Notes under the pieces: model-generated
Told to the model about the DNA's origin: nothing
The model's input: only the letters and a program-made list of their open reading frames with translations
The model's database searches: none
Assembly (NCBI RefSeq): GCF_006345805.1
Contig: NW_021834173.1
Span: 2,913-66,912, forward strand
Origin: Octopus sinensis
Taxonomy: Eukaryota
Direction of reading: 5' to 3'
DNA: 64,000 nucleotides
Program-made: the position numbers and the translations under genes
Shown here: positions 1-13,550 of the stretch, piece by piece
How positions within the stretch are numbered: position 1 is the first letter of the stretch
Layout: every line of letters starts with the position of its first letter

Positions 1-161
1 GGGGGAACATTGCTATTGAGAGAAACAGTGACTATGTTGAGAAGTAGGGATGTGATCCACAGAAGACCAGCTTCATTTTGATGCATGATACATGTTCCTG
101 TGTTGGTGATTATACCTGTCCTAAACAAAATGGCATTACTTTTTGACTCACCCTCGTATAA

Positions 162-555
162 TCTTTTATTGTTTCAGTCATTTGACTGCGCCATGCTGGA
201 GCACCGCCTTTAATCAAGCAACTCGACCCTGGGACTTATTCTTTGTAAGCCAGTTCTTATTCTTCATCGGTCTCTTTTGCCGAACCGCTAAGTGACGGGA
301 CATAAACACACCAGCATCGGTTGTCAGCAATGCTAGGGGGACAAACACAGACACACAAACACCACCGCACACACATATATATATACAATATACGACGGGC
401 TTCTTTCAGTTCTGTCTACCAAATCCACTCACAAAGCTTTGGTCGGCCCCAGGCTATAGTAGAAGACACTTGCCCAAGGTGCAATGCAGTGGGACGGAAC
501 CGGAACCATGTGGTTGTAAGCAAGCTACTTACCACAGCAGCCACTCCTGCGCCTA
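162..555 (-). mobile_element. tRNA-derived SINE, family A (CORE-like body, internal CA/TA microsatellite)
   Basis: Minus strand begins GGCGCAGGAGTGGCTGCTGTGGTAAGTAG...GGTTCCGGTTCCGTCCCACT (A/B-box-like), then GCACCTTGGGCAAGTGTCTT (resembles the CORE-SINE motif GTGACCTTGGGCAAG). Many similar copies occur in the window. Confidence 0.85.
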
Positions 556-588
556 TATATATATATATATAATATATATATATATTAT

Positions 589-619
<31 letters not shown>

Positions 620-2329
620 TATATAATACAACACATACAAATATTTTTTTTAAAGTGAAATTGTACAAATGAATGATGCTTTTTTAGAAAATGGTTAACA
701 ATATTTTGAAGCAGCAAAGCAGAAGTTATTCAGTACGCTTCATCAGCTATTTTTTTTCTCTCACTTCTGGGATAGATACATCTCTGTAAACAAAAGTACT
801 TCCAGTGCTTTTTGCTAACGTTTACCATTCAAGTACAAGGTTGTTCTTTTTGGCACAAAAACTGCTTTATTGTAAGTTTTATTGGCACTGAATGTAAGAA
901 AGTAAGAAATTGGAACATAAGAATCTAGCCAGTAATTGAACAAAAACTGCAAGATTAACAGAAGTTATATCATATATGAAGCACAAGAGAAAAACTTTCA
1001 AATCTTGTAATTGGAGGTTTGGAATTTTGGCACCATTTTCCTAATTCTTTCCATCTTAATATAAAACATATCTATTTTTCTTTTTTGTGTGTAGCAGTAC
1101 ATACGCATATCTAGTGTTGTATGCAAAGGCATAGATGCATGTTTGTAAGTGCTTGTGTGTGTGTGAGTACACACACACACATACATATATACATATGCAC
1201 ATACATACATATATAAATGTATATAGTGTATGTATATTTAGTAAATGGTATGCACTGGTTCTTAAAGAGGCTCAACTTCAGGAAACATGTATAGGTTTTT
1301 ATCATTACACTTAGAGATAGAATTCACAGAATTTCAGTTATTTGTGTTAATTCCTGAAGCTACTGTTTCTATTTTCAGAATAACCAGGTCTTTAACAGGC
1401 ACCAATGATAAAAATGCGAATCAAATTACATAATTTACCAATTCTGAATCAATTCTCTACAAATGTTCTCATTTTTCACCGACTTGCCAATCAGACAGCT
1501 GACTTACCCATTATAACACAGTTTCTTGTTATTTAGAGCAAATCACAAAATCTTCTGAGAGAGAATTTGATACAAGAATTCATTAGAAATGTTTTTACCA
1601 GTATTCCTTATTTTCAAGGTGGCACTGTTGTCCTTGATACCTCCCTTGTAATTAGGTAAATTTTTATAAATATATTCTCTTCTGTGTTTATTCTATGAAT
1701 TCCTGCTCTGAAGAAGGAGCTTGTTACTAAGAAAGAAATAAGGTCTCCTTTAAAATTTAGAAGGCAAGTTCCATACTTGATTTTAACCACTTTGGTTCCC
1801 ATATTTCTGTTGGAATACACTACCTTTATTTCAGTTAATTTTGAAAATAACTAAGAATTTAGTTAACTAACATTGTAATTATTAAGCTAGTGTTATAGAA
1901 CATTAATATGGAATTTTAATTTGGATCACTTTAAAAGAGGAACTTTGTATCATAGAACAAGGGATGGTCTCAGGTAGGTTGGCATCAGAAAAGTGAAGAC
2001 AAATACGATGGTAAGACCTGGGAGATAAATCATATAAATAGGATATTTCTGCTGAAGAATTTAGTGAAATAACTTGCTCGTTATTATACTCGTGTTTGGA
2101 ACAAAATTAACATGAAATTTTTATGGGAAGTTGGATTGAAACAGTTTAAACAGAAAATGGTTTAAAACAAAAAAAAAAAACTCAAGAAAACTTGTAATCT
2201 TATCAAGTGTGTGCATGTGTGTGTGTGTGTGTATATAGCAATATGCATTAACACGTGTGAGTACAGCTCCAAAAGTTTGTATTCATATATTCACAAATAT
2301 GGCTTAAGAATCCTTGCATGTTGTTTATG

Positions 2330-2450
2330 CAGTTGTGGCCAGAAGTTTGGAATATAGGCCTCAAAATTAGAATTTTTATATTAAATAACCTAAGTTATAT
2401 TTGGACAATTTCAATTTTTAAAAACCGTTCCAAAATTTTGGCTACAACTG
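2330..2450. mobile_element. Tc1/mariner-type MITE
   Basis: About 23-bp TIRs: CAGTTGTGGCCAGAAGTTTGGAA on the left versus TTCCAAAATTTTGGCTACAACTG on the right. TA follows the right end and TG (possibly mutated TA) precedes the left end. TIR start resembles Tc1 CAGTGCTGGCCAAAA. Confidence 0.65.
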
Positions 2451-3134
2451 TATGTTTGCAAAATTCAACTTTCCAACATTGTTATCCGGTGTCTTAGTCC
2501 TATAGCAAAACACCACCCAAATTATAACGGAATACAAATGTGAAGATTTGGTCTAAATATAAAACTAGTAAATCTATTAATAACTGTTCATAAAATATCT
2601 TTGTTGTTAATTTCAGCAATTTTTATGGTCTTCTCAATAACTAACTTTTAAAAGTCGGGGAGCTTCATTGTCTGTCCAAGAAAAATACACAATATGAACC
2701 AAATTTATGTTTCGTTTGTGGTAACATTGTTACATCCTCAGCTATTGTGTGTGTGTCTGTTTGTGTGTGTACGCATATGTTCAAATAATGTTATTTTAAA
2801 GAACTTTTAAATATAACACCTGAAGATTTACAAATAAATGATTTCATATTAAGAGTGAAGTCAAATTTATGATAAAGATCCAGTTGACTGGGACTTCACT
2901 ATGTGTGCACTTGCATGTGTCTGTGTGTGTGTCTGAAATAGGTAAGCACAATGTCATTGTGCTTATCTATTTCAGGTAATAATTCCAATTAAGAACTAAT
3001 TTAGACTCTTCAACCTATACCAGTACAAAAATCTGATATAAAGCAACGATGATACACACATATAAATATATATGCAAGTATGTGTATGTTTATGTATGTA
3101 TATATATGTGTATTTGTATGTGTGTGTGTATATG

Positions 3135-3169
<35 letters not shown>

Positions 3170-3272
3170 TGTGTATGTCGGATATAGATAAGTGTGTGTG
3201 AGTGTGTGTGTATGTTTGAATGTTTTTGATTTTCTTGAGTTAAACACTGAAGTGATCAATACAATCTCAAAG

Positions 3273-3312
<40 letters not shown>

Positions 3313-3451
3313 TATATATATATATATAGATAGGCAGAGAGACAGATAGACATATATACAACATACATATATATACACATGTATATATATATACATATGT
3401 ATATAAACAGATAGATATACACATACACAAATATATACATATATATATATA

Positions 3452-3482
<31 letters not shown>

Positions 3483-3639
3483 TATATAGATAGATAGATA
3501 GATACACACATATATACGTACATATACATGCATATAGACACACACATACTATTTCTCAACTGTGACCAATACCTCATTGTTAATTTTTTCCCCTCCTTCC
3601 CACCATTTTACATGTTTGCTCACCACCTGACTGTGCAGC

Positions 3640-3760
3640 CAGTCGACTGCTGACTTCTTCATGCTGAACGCACACACACACACGCACATGCACACACACG
3701 TGCACGCACGAACAAGGACGCGCGCGCACATTTTCACACTGCTGTTTAGCAATCCCTTGG
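3640..3760. promoter_or_regulatory. CpG-enriched patch, candidate promoter/TSS
   Basis: Local CpG cluster (CACGTGCACGCACGAACAAGGACGCGCGCGCAC) in CpG-poor, non-TE sequence, just upstream of a high-complexity segment that ends in a strong donor site. Confidence 0.3.
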
Positions 3761-4109
3761 GATTGAGGTTGATTGTCCATCAGATTTAATTCCTGTGGAC
3801 GCACATGTGACTACACAGGCCAATGTAGTATCTACAAGTCCAGTTGTAGACAAGACATTTGTTGTCTCACGGGAGAAAAAAACACATCTTCTTATAATCG
3901 CATATTTTTCATTGAGGTATTCAGTTCATGTTGTGTCGATGTATCGGACTCCATTGTAGACAATGCATTCTCATTTGCATTAATTATTCACCTTGAACCT
4001 CCTGAGAACCAAGCTAAGCAGCGCTTCCCATGTTTTGAGTTTTTTTTTCCCACATTTTGGTCAACGAAGTCTGAATACTACAGTCTCATTGTTTCCATAA
4101 TTACTAAAT

Positions 4110-4124
4110 ATGAAGTGGTTCCTG
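4110..4124 (+). CDS. Candidate first coding exon end (MKWFL, signal-peptide-like start)
   Basis: ATG AAG TGG TTC CTG followed by a consensus donor |GTAAGT. No downstream partner exon identified. Confidence 0.3.
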
Positions 4125-5972
4125 GTAAGTTAGAATTATGACTATATTCAGAAGACAGCTGCTTGAGTATACTCTGAGAGAACAGCTAAGTGTATGCAAT
4201 AATGGAAACTATCAAATAAATATTCTGATGCAATCAACATTATTATTATTATTATTATTATTATTATCATTGTTATTAAATAATTCAATGTATTTTGAAG
4301 TATTTGAAATAGAATCGGGAGATTGTTAAATATTTTAAGTAGTTTCAATATTCTAGAAAAAACCCACTTTCAAATATAATGCTGCTGACATTAATTGAAT
4401 TTAAAAGACTGGAGACTTGCTGAAGCTAAGAGTATATGTTCTGATTTTTCTATGGAGAAGAAAGAAGGAATGTTAGATTTTGATATAGAAATGGTGGTAT
4501 GTTAAATTAAAACTCAGTGTTGCTATGGTAATAATACTTATGCTGAATACAGAACAAATTAATAAAATAGTTGGGTATTTAAATGGAACCCAGAGACAGA
4601 AAACCAACTAACTTAAATGAAACACACTTCTAGAATCCACATGGAACAGTTATTTATTTAAATCCAGTTATTTAGTTAAAATCTGCTGATAATATATATT
4701 TAAATGGAATCCACATACAGCCCCTCGGTTGTGGATTTAAATAGAATCTAGTTATAGAATGGTGATTTAGTTAAATAGAACCAGACATAAAATGGTAATA
4801 TATTTGAATACAACCACGACAGCCCTTAAGTAGATCCTTAGTGGTGTATCTAAAAAAAAACTCAAATATAGAATGGTTGAAAATTCACATGAAAGTAATT
4901 CTACAGGACTGGTATGGCTGGATTCAAATACTATTTTCCATGGAGATAGTATGGCCAGCAACATCCCAGTATTATCCTGGATTCAAATGACCACAGTATA
5001 CTGATGTTATTTACGGCTGAATGAATCAGCTGAAAAAGATTTGAACTTGGAGCATTGTATAAGGCAGTAAATCCAAGACTAGTATTTCAACCAAAGATTC
5101 TTTACAGTTGAATACACAAGAAAATATGGAACTTTTGAAAAGGACCATTGTGTAATTTCTAAAGTGCTTCCATCCTCTTATGCCACAACTGAACTGTCTG
5201 AACTAGCAGCCCTGCACATTTTGAATATCTGGGTCAGATCCCAAACCTAGATTTTTTTTTTTATGGGGCTGCACCAAAAAAAAAAAAAAGTAAAGTATAA
5301 GTCATTAAAGAAAATTAAAGAAAAATTTACTATATTTATAGTAATTAGTCCTGGAGTTGAATTGTTTGACTAAAGGCAGTGCTCTAGCATGGCCACAATC
5401 AAAGAACTGAAACAAGTAAAAAAATAAAAGAATATATATATATTCCATTGTATATTCTTAATATATTTACTTCTCAGGGAAACTAACCCCTAAAATAGTG
5501 ATGAAATACAAAATAAATTCAGATATTGGGTGAATGAAATAGATAACTTAAGGACCAGACCAAGGCCTGAAAAAGCACAGCCATCTACCACTTGTGAGTG
5601 AATACATCTTTGTAATATGCCCTATGAATATGCTAAATGCTTTTGATGTCTTGACTGGGCAGAGGCATCATCTGGGCACTCCCATCCTTGACTCAGTGGA
5701 ACATTGAAGATATAACAGATAGAGAAGGCTGCACATGTATTCACCTGGTACCTATTCCAACTAGGAGCAAACTAAAACTGAAGTTCCTTGTTCAAGAGCA
5801 CAATGTTCTGACCAATCCTAGAATCAAATCGAAGCACCTTATGATTGTGACTCAAACACACTAACCACTAGATCACATGATTTCGCAGACTAAGGCCTAC
5901 TGTCAATATATAATTAATGCAAGTCCTCATATGACTACAGTATAATGACTGCAGCCAGATAAAATAAAAAAT

Positions 5973-6559
5973 TCTTTCAAATTTTGGCACAAGACCAATC
6001 AGCTACATTGACCGCAAAACTCAAACCAGTACCTGATTTTATTGACCATGAAAAGACAAAGGTCAAAGTTTTGACCTCAGCAGGTAGAGTTGGAAGGGAT
6101 ACTGCAAAGCATTTTGTCAAAGTCATTTATGATTCTACCTGTGCACACCTTGATAATTTATCTCTATAATAATGGCTCCAAATTTTGATACACAGCCAGC
6201 GATTCTAGTAGTGGGGGATGGTGTCAATCAATTACATCAACCAAAGTGTTTAACTGGTACTTATTTTATCAACCCTGAAAGGATGATGGAAGACAAAGTC
6301 AACTTTGTAAGACTTTTAGGCCTTGTGCCTGTAATGGAAACAGTTATATTTCTAGTTCTTTACATCCTGAGTTCAAATTCTGCCAGAGTGGGTAATTCAA
6401 TTACATCAACTCCAATGTTTAATTGGTGCTTATTTTATTGACCCTGAAAGGATGAAAGTCAAAGCTGATCTCAGTGGAATTTGAACTGAGAACATAGAGA
6501 TTGGCAGCAATGCCGCTAAGCATTTTGCCTGGTGTGCTGATGATTCTGCTAGCTTGCCA
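5973..6559 (-). mobile_element. Degenerate tandem copies of SINE family B
   Basis: Repeated GACCCTGAAAGGATGAAAG..AAAGTC..CTC.G.GGAATTTGAACT and GGCACAAGG motifs, matching intact B copies such as 20575-20812. Confidence 0.7.
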
Positions 6560-6890
6560 CATCATCATCATCATTATCATCGTTTAGCGTCCGTTTTCCA
6601 TGCTAGCATGGGTTGGACGGTTCTACTGGGGTCTGTGAAGCCAGAAGGCTTCATCAGGCCCAGTCAAATCTGGCAGTGTTCTATGGCTGGATGCCCTTCC
6701 TAACGCCAACCACTCCATGAGTGTAGTGGGTGCTCACGGAGTGGTTGGCGTTAGGAAGGGCATCCAGCTGTAGAAACACTGCCAGATTTGACTGGGCCTG
6801 ATGAAGCCTTCTGGCTTCACAGACCCCAGTAGAACCGTCCAACCCATGCTAGCATGGAAAACGGACGCTAAACGATGATGATGATGATGA
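6560..6890. repeat. Near-perfect long inverted repeat of two SINE/RTE-type D tails joined head-to-head
   Basis: Left arm 6560-6721 and right arm 6733-6890 are reverse complements, with 3 substitutions and one 1-nt indel in the ~140-bp unique core. The loop is about 11 nt (TGTAGTGGGTG), and the (CAT)n/(GAT)n tails point outward. Confidence 0.95.
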
Positions 6891-6892
6891 TA

Positions 6893-7075
6893 ATAACAAT
6901 TCTTTCTGCAAAAGGCACAAGGCCTGAAGTTTTGGAAGAAAGGTCTAGTCTATTACATTAGCGACCCTAAAAGATGAAAGGCAAAGTTGACCCTGGCTGA
7001 GTTTGAACTCAGAATGCAAAGGTGGACAAAATATTGATAAGCATTTTGTCTGGTATGCTAACAAGTATTATTATT
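6893..7075 (-). mobile_element. SINE family B (tail type 2)
   Basis: GGCACAAGGCCTGAAG...AAAAGATGAAAGGCAAAGTTGACCCTGGCTGAGTTTGAACTCAGAA. Confidence 0.75.
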
Positions 7076-7214
7076 ATTATTATTATTATGCCACCATTGA
7101 TAACAATGAGAAGGAAATCACTGATAATGAACAACACAGAAAAAAAATTGATTTATATTTAGAAAGAAATTATATAGATTTATATAGACAGATGTTATAG
7201 GTTCTTTGAGTCTG

Positions 7215-8153
7215 GAGTGTGTGTGTGTGTACATGAATGTGTATGTGTGTGAACGTGTGTGTGTGTGAACGTGTGTGTGTGTGCTTTCTGACATAAACTT
7301 AGCCAAACACTATCAGCCATAAAGTGAGGCAGCATAGCCAACACTGTATGTGTATATGTATGAGCATGTATGTGTGTGTGTGAGAGAAAGTGTATGTATG
7401 TGAGTGTGTGAGTGTGTGTGTGTGTGTGAGAGAGAGAGAGAAAGGGAGAGAGTGTTTGTTTTCAAGGTAATCACATAATCTATAGTTGATCACATGTCTC
7501 TGGTTATATGAAACCTTTAGTTCTGAGTTTGAAATATTTGTCACAATACGCATACTTACACATATACATATATTCACATTACAATAGAAATTCACACACA
7601 CACACACACATGCATGCATATTACCACAGTTAGCTACATAAGCGCACATACATTGCAACACATGCATACATATACAGTGCAACAGTCAGTCACATACATA
7701 CATATATTACAAATACATATTCATATATGCATATATATATATATCGGTGATACGTTCACACAGACATATATTAGATCATACACCCGTATGCATATGTACA
7801 CAAACTAGATACACACACCCACACACTACATAGACATACACGGACAATACAAAGCATACGGATACACACACAGTATAATTAGATACTAATAACATACTCT
7901 CACACATTGACAGACACATAAATAGATACATTACAAGACAAGCATTCACACACACACTATCTCTCTCTCTCATGCATACACATGCGTATTAGAACACTTA
8001 CATACACATATACACGACGATTCTACACGCTTACCACATATATGTATAAAGCATGAAGGCAAGCATAACAGTGTACATATGTACATGTGTGTGTAGTATA
8101 TATATATATATATATATATGTGTGTAGTATAGATAAACATATACATGTGTATA

Positions 8154-8184
<31 letters not shown>

Positions 8185-8700
8185 TGCTGTGCATCACATT
8201 GTACTACACACCTATATAATATAAAGAACTGAAGTATGTATAAAGAACTCTGTGTGACATTTGCACAGAAAAATAAAGAAAAAACACATATATATGTATA
8301 AGAAAACTACTACACAAGCATACACACACACACACACACACAATATATACACAATTCACAAGAAACGCGTTCAGTAAAATACACACACATAATACTTCAT
8401 ATACACATATATACTTCATATATTATATAATACTTCATATACACACATATACTTCATATACATACGCACATGCATTCATTGCAACAACACTTCACACACA
8501 CACATGTACACTATATCACATATACACATCACGACACACAGAAATACAGTACATAACACACACACACACACACACACCACAACAACAAAATACACACACA
8601 ATACCTATATGCACTATATACATCACAATCATCACACAAGACTAAACACATTCATCACAATACCACACACACACACACAATGCAGATATCAAACATTTTA
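7215..8700. repeat. Compound degenerate (TG)/(CA)/(TA) microsatellite region
   Basis: Directly visible dinucleotide runs; the ORFs here are H/T/Y/I/C/V/M low-complexity artefacts. Confidence 0.9.
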
Positions 8701-9914
8701 ATCATTTGGATGTTTTAGTTTGTTCTGAAGAACGCAAACAATTTTGAATAATTGTTTAAACATTGTCTACATGTAAATATTCTTTAGTTTGTTTCCCCCT
8801 AGAGGCTAACAGCAGCTACCTGATCTGCTGTGTTTAATGAAAGGAATAATTTTCACTGGAATATTCCACCAACAGATTTTTATTAATGTGGAATTATTGC
8901 AACACTACAAAATAAGAATATGAACAGCAATAACCACAAACAGCCTGCGGTTTTTGAAAAAAAAACTTGTATTCATTTCAACCACACTTTCATTAATATT
9001 ACATATATCAGATGGAAACTGAATGGGAAAAAAAATCTTCCTTTGGTGAACCTGTAGTGAAAGTTCTAGTATTCTGTACATTACACCATTGTCAGGCTGC
9101 CAAATATTTTCAAGAGTCTAAGCTGTGAGAAACTGAGTGTTATACAAATTGCAGGAGAAGCATGGCCATTCTTAGAAATGAAATGCCATCCTTCCAAGCA
9201 GTACCATTACACAATGGAGTCTGCATTGCACTGGTTTTTAAGAAGAAACAGAACTGTATTGTTATGAATACATCAAAAGTTCTGTAAGCTGGAATCACCA
9301 GCATGTGAGCCAAAGATGGAACCTCTTTGCAACAGATAGCAGGATAGCAACCATATCTTCTTCATAACTTCAAAAACGTAGAAAAGGAAAAACACAACAA
9401 ACGCATATACAAAAGAAACAGGAGAGAAAAGAAAAGAAAACAGAACAAGATGGTCATGGCAAAAGTACTATTGGTCATAGGTGTACTGTATCAGAGTGTC
9501 CCAGGGCTAAACAACATTTGCAACCATTATTTTTTATTCAAGGAAGCTCCACTGTTCTTTTGATAGTTGAATGCAGGCTACAATACATAAGTTGGCAAGT
9601 CGAAAATATATTTAATCAATTGAAATTAGAATTGTACTTTAAAAAAGCCACTAGCGTTAAAGACAATTATTCCCCATAATGCAAGGGAGAAAACTGAGAC
9701 AGGATTTTTTTCTATGCTTGAATTTTGGATTGGCCAACTACAACCAAAGGTATTTCATCCAGTCTGTTTTTATATTGTATTCTGTGATGCAGTCTCCAAG
9801 AGTAAAAAGGCAAGCAGTAATAACAGCAATACTATACGCAAATCAATCTGACCTAAGGTTATCACAGCAATAACAACATCAACAACAACAAAGCAAAGAA
9901 GGTGCTTTGTAAAG

Positions 9915-10075
9915 AGTTACTTGAGCTGCTAGAAATAGCAACCAAATCTCCCTCAAACCACACATTATTGTTATCTTAGAGAAAGAGAGAGAGAGAGATT
10001 CCAAAATGTGACCCTAAATATACTATATCCAAGTAAATGAACAGCCATGGTTGGAATGGCATTGATAGTTGGTCA
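9915..10075 (+). mobile_element. Dispersed repeat family E (probable SINE) fragment
   Basis: The motif GCTAGAAATAGCA.CCAAATCTCCCTCAAA and the tail GGTCATGGCTGGAATG...GGGCTAAACAAC recur in degenerate form near 9330-9520, 21140-21270, 31650-31790, 33790-33915, 37140-37200, 46950-47300 and 63630-63720. Confidence 0.6.
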
Positions 10076-10399
10076 GCTTCATAAGAACAATCTTGGGATT
10101 AAACAATAACAACACTGGCAAAGCAATGATCTCTCTTGTCTCCATGACACAATTGCCAGGACTGGAGATAAACGGCAGAGATAGATTGGAATAATTTTTG
10201 TACTATGCAAAGCAGCAGATTCAATTTGGAAATATGTAAAGAATTTGTGTTGAAAATATGGAATAAGAATAAAAACAAAAAAAGAGGAACAAAAGAAGAA
10301 AAAAAAGAAAGAAAAAATTGCAAAATTAAGGAAAATATATTTTGTGTTTGTGTTTGTTGGAATATTCAAAGATTAATAAAATAATAAACAAGGAAGGAA

Positions 10400-11597
10400 A
10401 GAAAGAAAGAAAAAAGAACGAAAAGGATGGCATTGGTTAGAACAAGGTGTGTGAGTAGGGGTAGGGGAGTTGGGGGGTGGAGTGGTGGGGGAGAAATTGA
10501 TGAATCATCTTGGTTGCAGATATTCACTAGAATTATATCTATATAGATCAGATGCACAAGCATATCTATAAACATATATAAAGAAATACATGCACACGCA
10601 CACACACATAAAGATTTCTTTATATATATATATATATATATATTATATACACACACACACTCATGCTATAAAAACATGCTCATACACTATCATAGATATA
10701 CATATATATCTTTACATAGACACACACACACACACACGCTCATTACATACATACATATATATAATACTCACACATACACACACACACACGAAGATCTGTA
10801 TATACATACCACACTATAAAACATATTTACACACTATCACACTATCATGTATAAATCAATCTCTCTCCTCTCTCTCTCTCTATATATATATAATATATAT
10901 ATATATATACACACATGCACCACACACCCATGCCAGACATGGAAAAATGGACATTAAATGATGATGATGATGATAATGCCGAGACACACAAACATCTATA
11001 CACACACACACAAACACACACCCTTTCTCATACAGACCCGTACTAACAGAAATTGAAAACATACACACATAACAGGGATTAGTGAGATGGCGAGTAGTGA
11101 TAGCTTGAGACAGACAGACAGACAGACAGACAGATAGACATACAGACAGAAGGTGGATGTAATAGGAGTATGAATGTCACGTGAGGGAAGGAGGGAGGGA
11201 GGGAGGGAGGACTTCATCAAAACAAGGCAGTTGTAAATAGACAAAATATAATCGTTGAACTGATGAATAATATCATAGTCCAGTGAAACAATATCCACAG
11301 GCTATTGTAATAGTGGTTGGTGATGATGGTTGTAATGGTGGTGGTGGTGGTGGTGGTGGTGATGGTGATGATGGTGATGATGCTGCTTCTGATGGTGGAG
11401 GTGGTGGTGGTGGTGGTAGCGGGTGTACGACTGACAATGGTGGTATGATTTTGATGGTAAATAATAACAGTAATTGTGGAATTGATAAGACTGATAGCGG
11501 TGATGGCATAAATGTGATGACGATAACAGAGTTGATGATGACAATGAGGATAGTGATGATGATGAGGTATTAGTTACAATGCTGTTGCCACTGCTGT

Positions 11598-11628
<31 letters not shown>

Positions 11629-12600
11629 AGTGATGGTTATGATGATGGTGGTGTTGGTGGTGGTGGTGGCCATGATAATGGCAATGACAGTAATGACGAC
11701 GACGACGATGACAATTCACCCCCACCCCACCCCACCCCACGAACGCTAGTCTTACTCATCATACACATCACCTATCAACATCATATTAACTCTAACAGAA
11801 TCGTTATTATAATAATTACAAAAGTTAATCAATGTTATTAATAAGCCACTACCACTACCACCACCACCACCACCACCACCACCACCACCAACACCACAAA
11901 TACTAACACTACTTACTAACATATACCAACTTCTCCTCCCACCACAACACAACCACCACAAAAAAAAAAAAAAACTATATCAGTTTAAGGTGTATGGCAA
12001 ATGGCTAACAGTAGCAGAAATCATTGCCAAAATTTATCTAAACAGCATTAGATTTATTATTTAATAAATTCCATTCTTCATAACTATGCACCACACACAC
12101 ACACACACACACATATATGTGAAGTTTGGTTTAATCAGGATGCTGGAAATATTGGGTGGTGTTCCTTATTAAAGTTGGTTTTTGCTCCTGAAGAGAAACA
12201 GATGGGTGAAAAGAAATTATTTAAGCATGCAACCGAATGTGCCTTATAAAGCCTAGTTCTATCTCATGAAAAATATGCGAAAATGAAACATCCCCCTAAT
12301 ACCAACACCACTACTGGCACCACCACCACCACCACTGCCGCCATTACCGTAATCTCGCTCTTGCCATCGCCACCACCGCCATCACTATTACCATTACCAC
12401 TACCACCACCACCACTACCACTACCATCATCATCATCTCGCCCTTGCCATTGCCGCCACCACCATCACCACCACCTCACCCTTGCCATCGCTACCACACC
12501 ACCACCACCACCACCACCACCATCACTATTACCACTAATACCACCACATGTATATACACACACACACACATACACTCACCAAATAAAACAAGTATAAGAT
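10400..12600. repeat. Simple-repeat field: (CA),(TA),(GACA),(GGT),(GAT),(CAC)
   Basis: Visible triplet and dinucleotide runs; they produce the poly-G, poly-H, poly-P and poly-T ORFs of the track. Confidence 0.9.
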
Positions 12601-13039
12601 AAAAAAAAGCAACAATAACGACAAACAAACAAACAAACAAGGGAGCAGAATGAAAAAAATAAATTTAAAATAATAATAATAATAATAAAATGAGCAAACA
12701 CGGAAAAAACAAATAAAATAGAAATGGAATTGGTATGTTATTGAAAAGAGTGTTAAGTATAAGTTTCAAGAGAGTCAGAGTGGAATCTAATGAGATGCTT
12801 CAAGCTGTTTTTCAAGGAATTACTGAATCTCACGGAAGAGTTTTAATTAAAAATAAAAGAGAATATTTTAGGAATATTAATGAAGATACGGTATTCTAGA
12901 AATAGTGTTTGTGAATATAATATACAAGCATTTTTTTTTTCTTTTCTTACCCCAATTCTTCCCCTAATTTCCATCAATGGACTGTGGTCATGTAAAATAA
13001 TAATAATAATAATAATAATAATATTTTTTTTTTTAAACT

Positions 13040-13550
13040 ACCCACAAGGGGCTAAACACAGAGAGGACAAACAAGGACAGACAGACAAACGGATTAAGTC
13101 GATTACATCGACCCCAGTGCGTAACTGGTACTTAATTTATCGACCCCGAAAGGATGAAAGGCAAAGTCGACCTCGGCAGAATTTGAACTCAGAACGTAAC
13201 GGCAGACGAAATACCGCTAATGATAATCCTTTCCACTATAGGCACAAGGCCTGAAACTTAGGGAAGGAGAATAATCAATTACATTGACCCCAGTTCACAA
13301 CTGGTAGTTATTTTATCGATCCCGAAAGGATGAAAGGCAAAGTCAACCTCAGTGGAATTTGAACTTAAATGACTTTAAGATGGACAAAATGCAGCTAAGT
13401 ATTTTGCTTGGCATGCTAACAATTCTGCCAGCTCACCACTTTAAAAATAATAATAATAATAATCCTTTCTATTAAAGGCATAAGGCCTGAAATTTTTGGG
13501 GAGGGGACTAGTTTTTACATCAGCCCCCAGTGTTTCACTGGTACTTAATT
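13040..13550 (-). mobile_element. Three head-to-tail SINE family B copies
   Basis: 13040-13218 is young (tail CTACCCACAAGGGGCTAAACACAGAGAGG). 13220-13440 and 13455-13550 each start after a short TAA run with ATCCTTTC.A.TATAGGCACAAGGCCTGAAA. Confidence 0.85.

Noticed and set aside
1379-1810. Possible plus-strand terminal exon (ITRSLTGTNDKNANQIT*) or minus-strand exon ending at the 1508 donor
   Set aside because: The plus peptide is too short to judge. The minus segment has stops in all three frames just before the donor.
11273-12597. Poly-Gly, poly-His and poly-Pro ORFs
   Set aside because: Triplet microsatellites with no flanking complex coding sequence.
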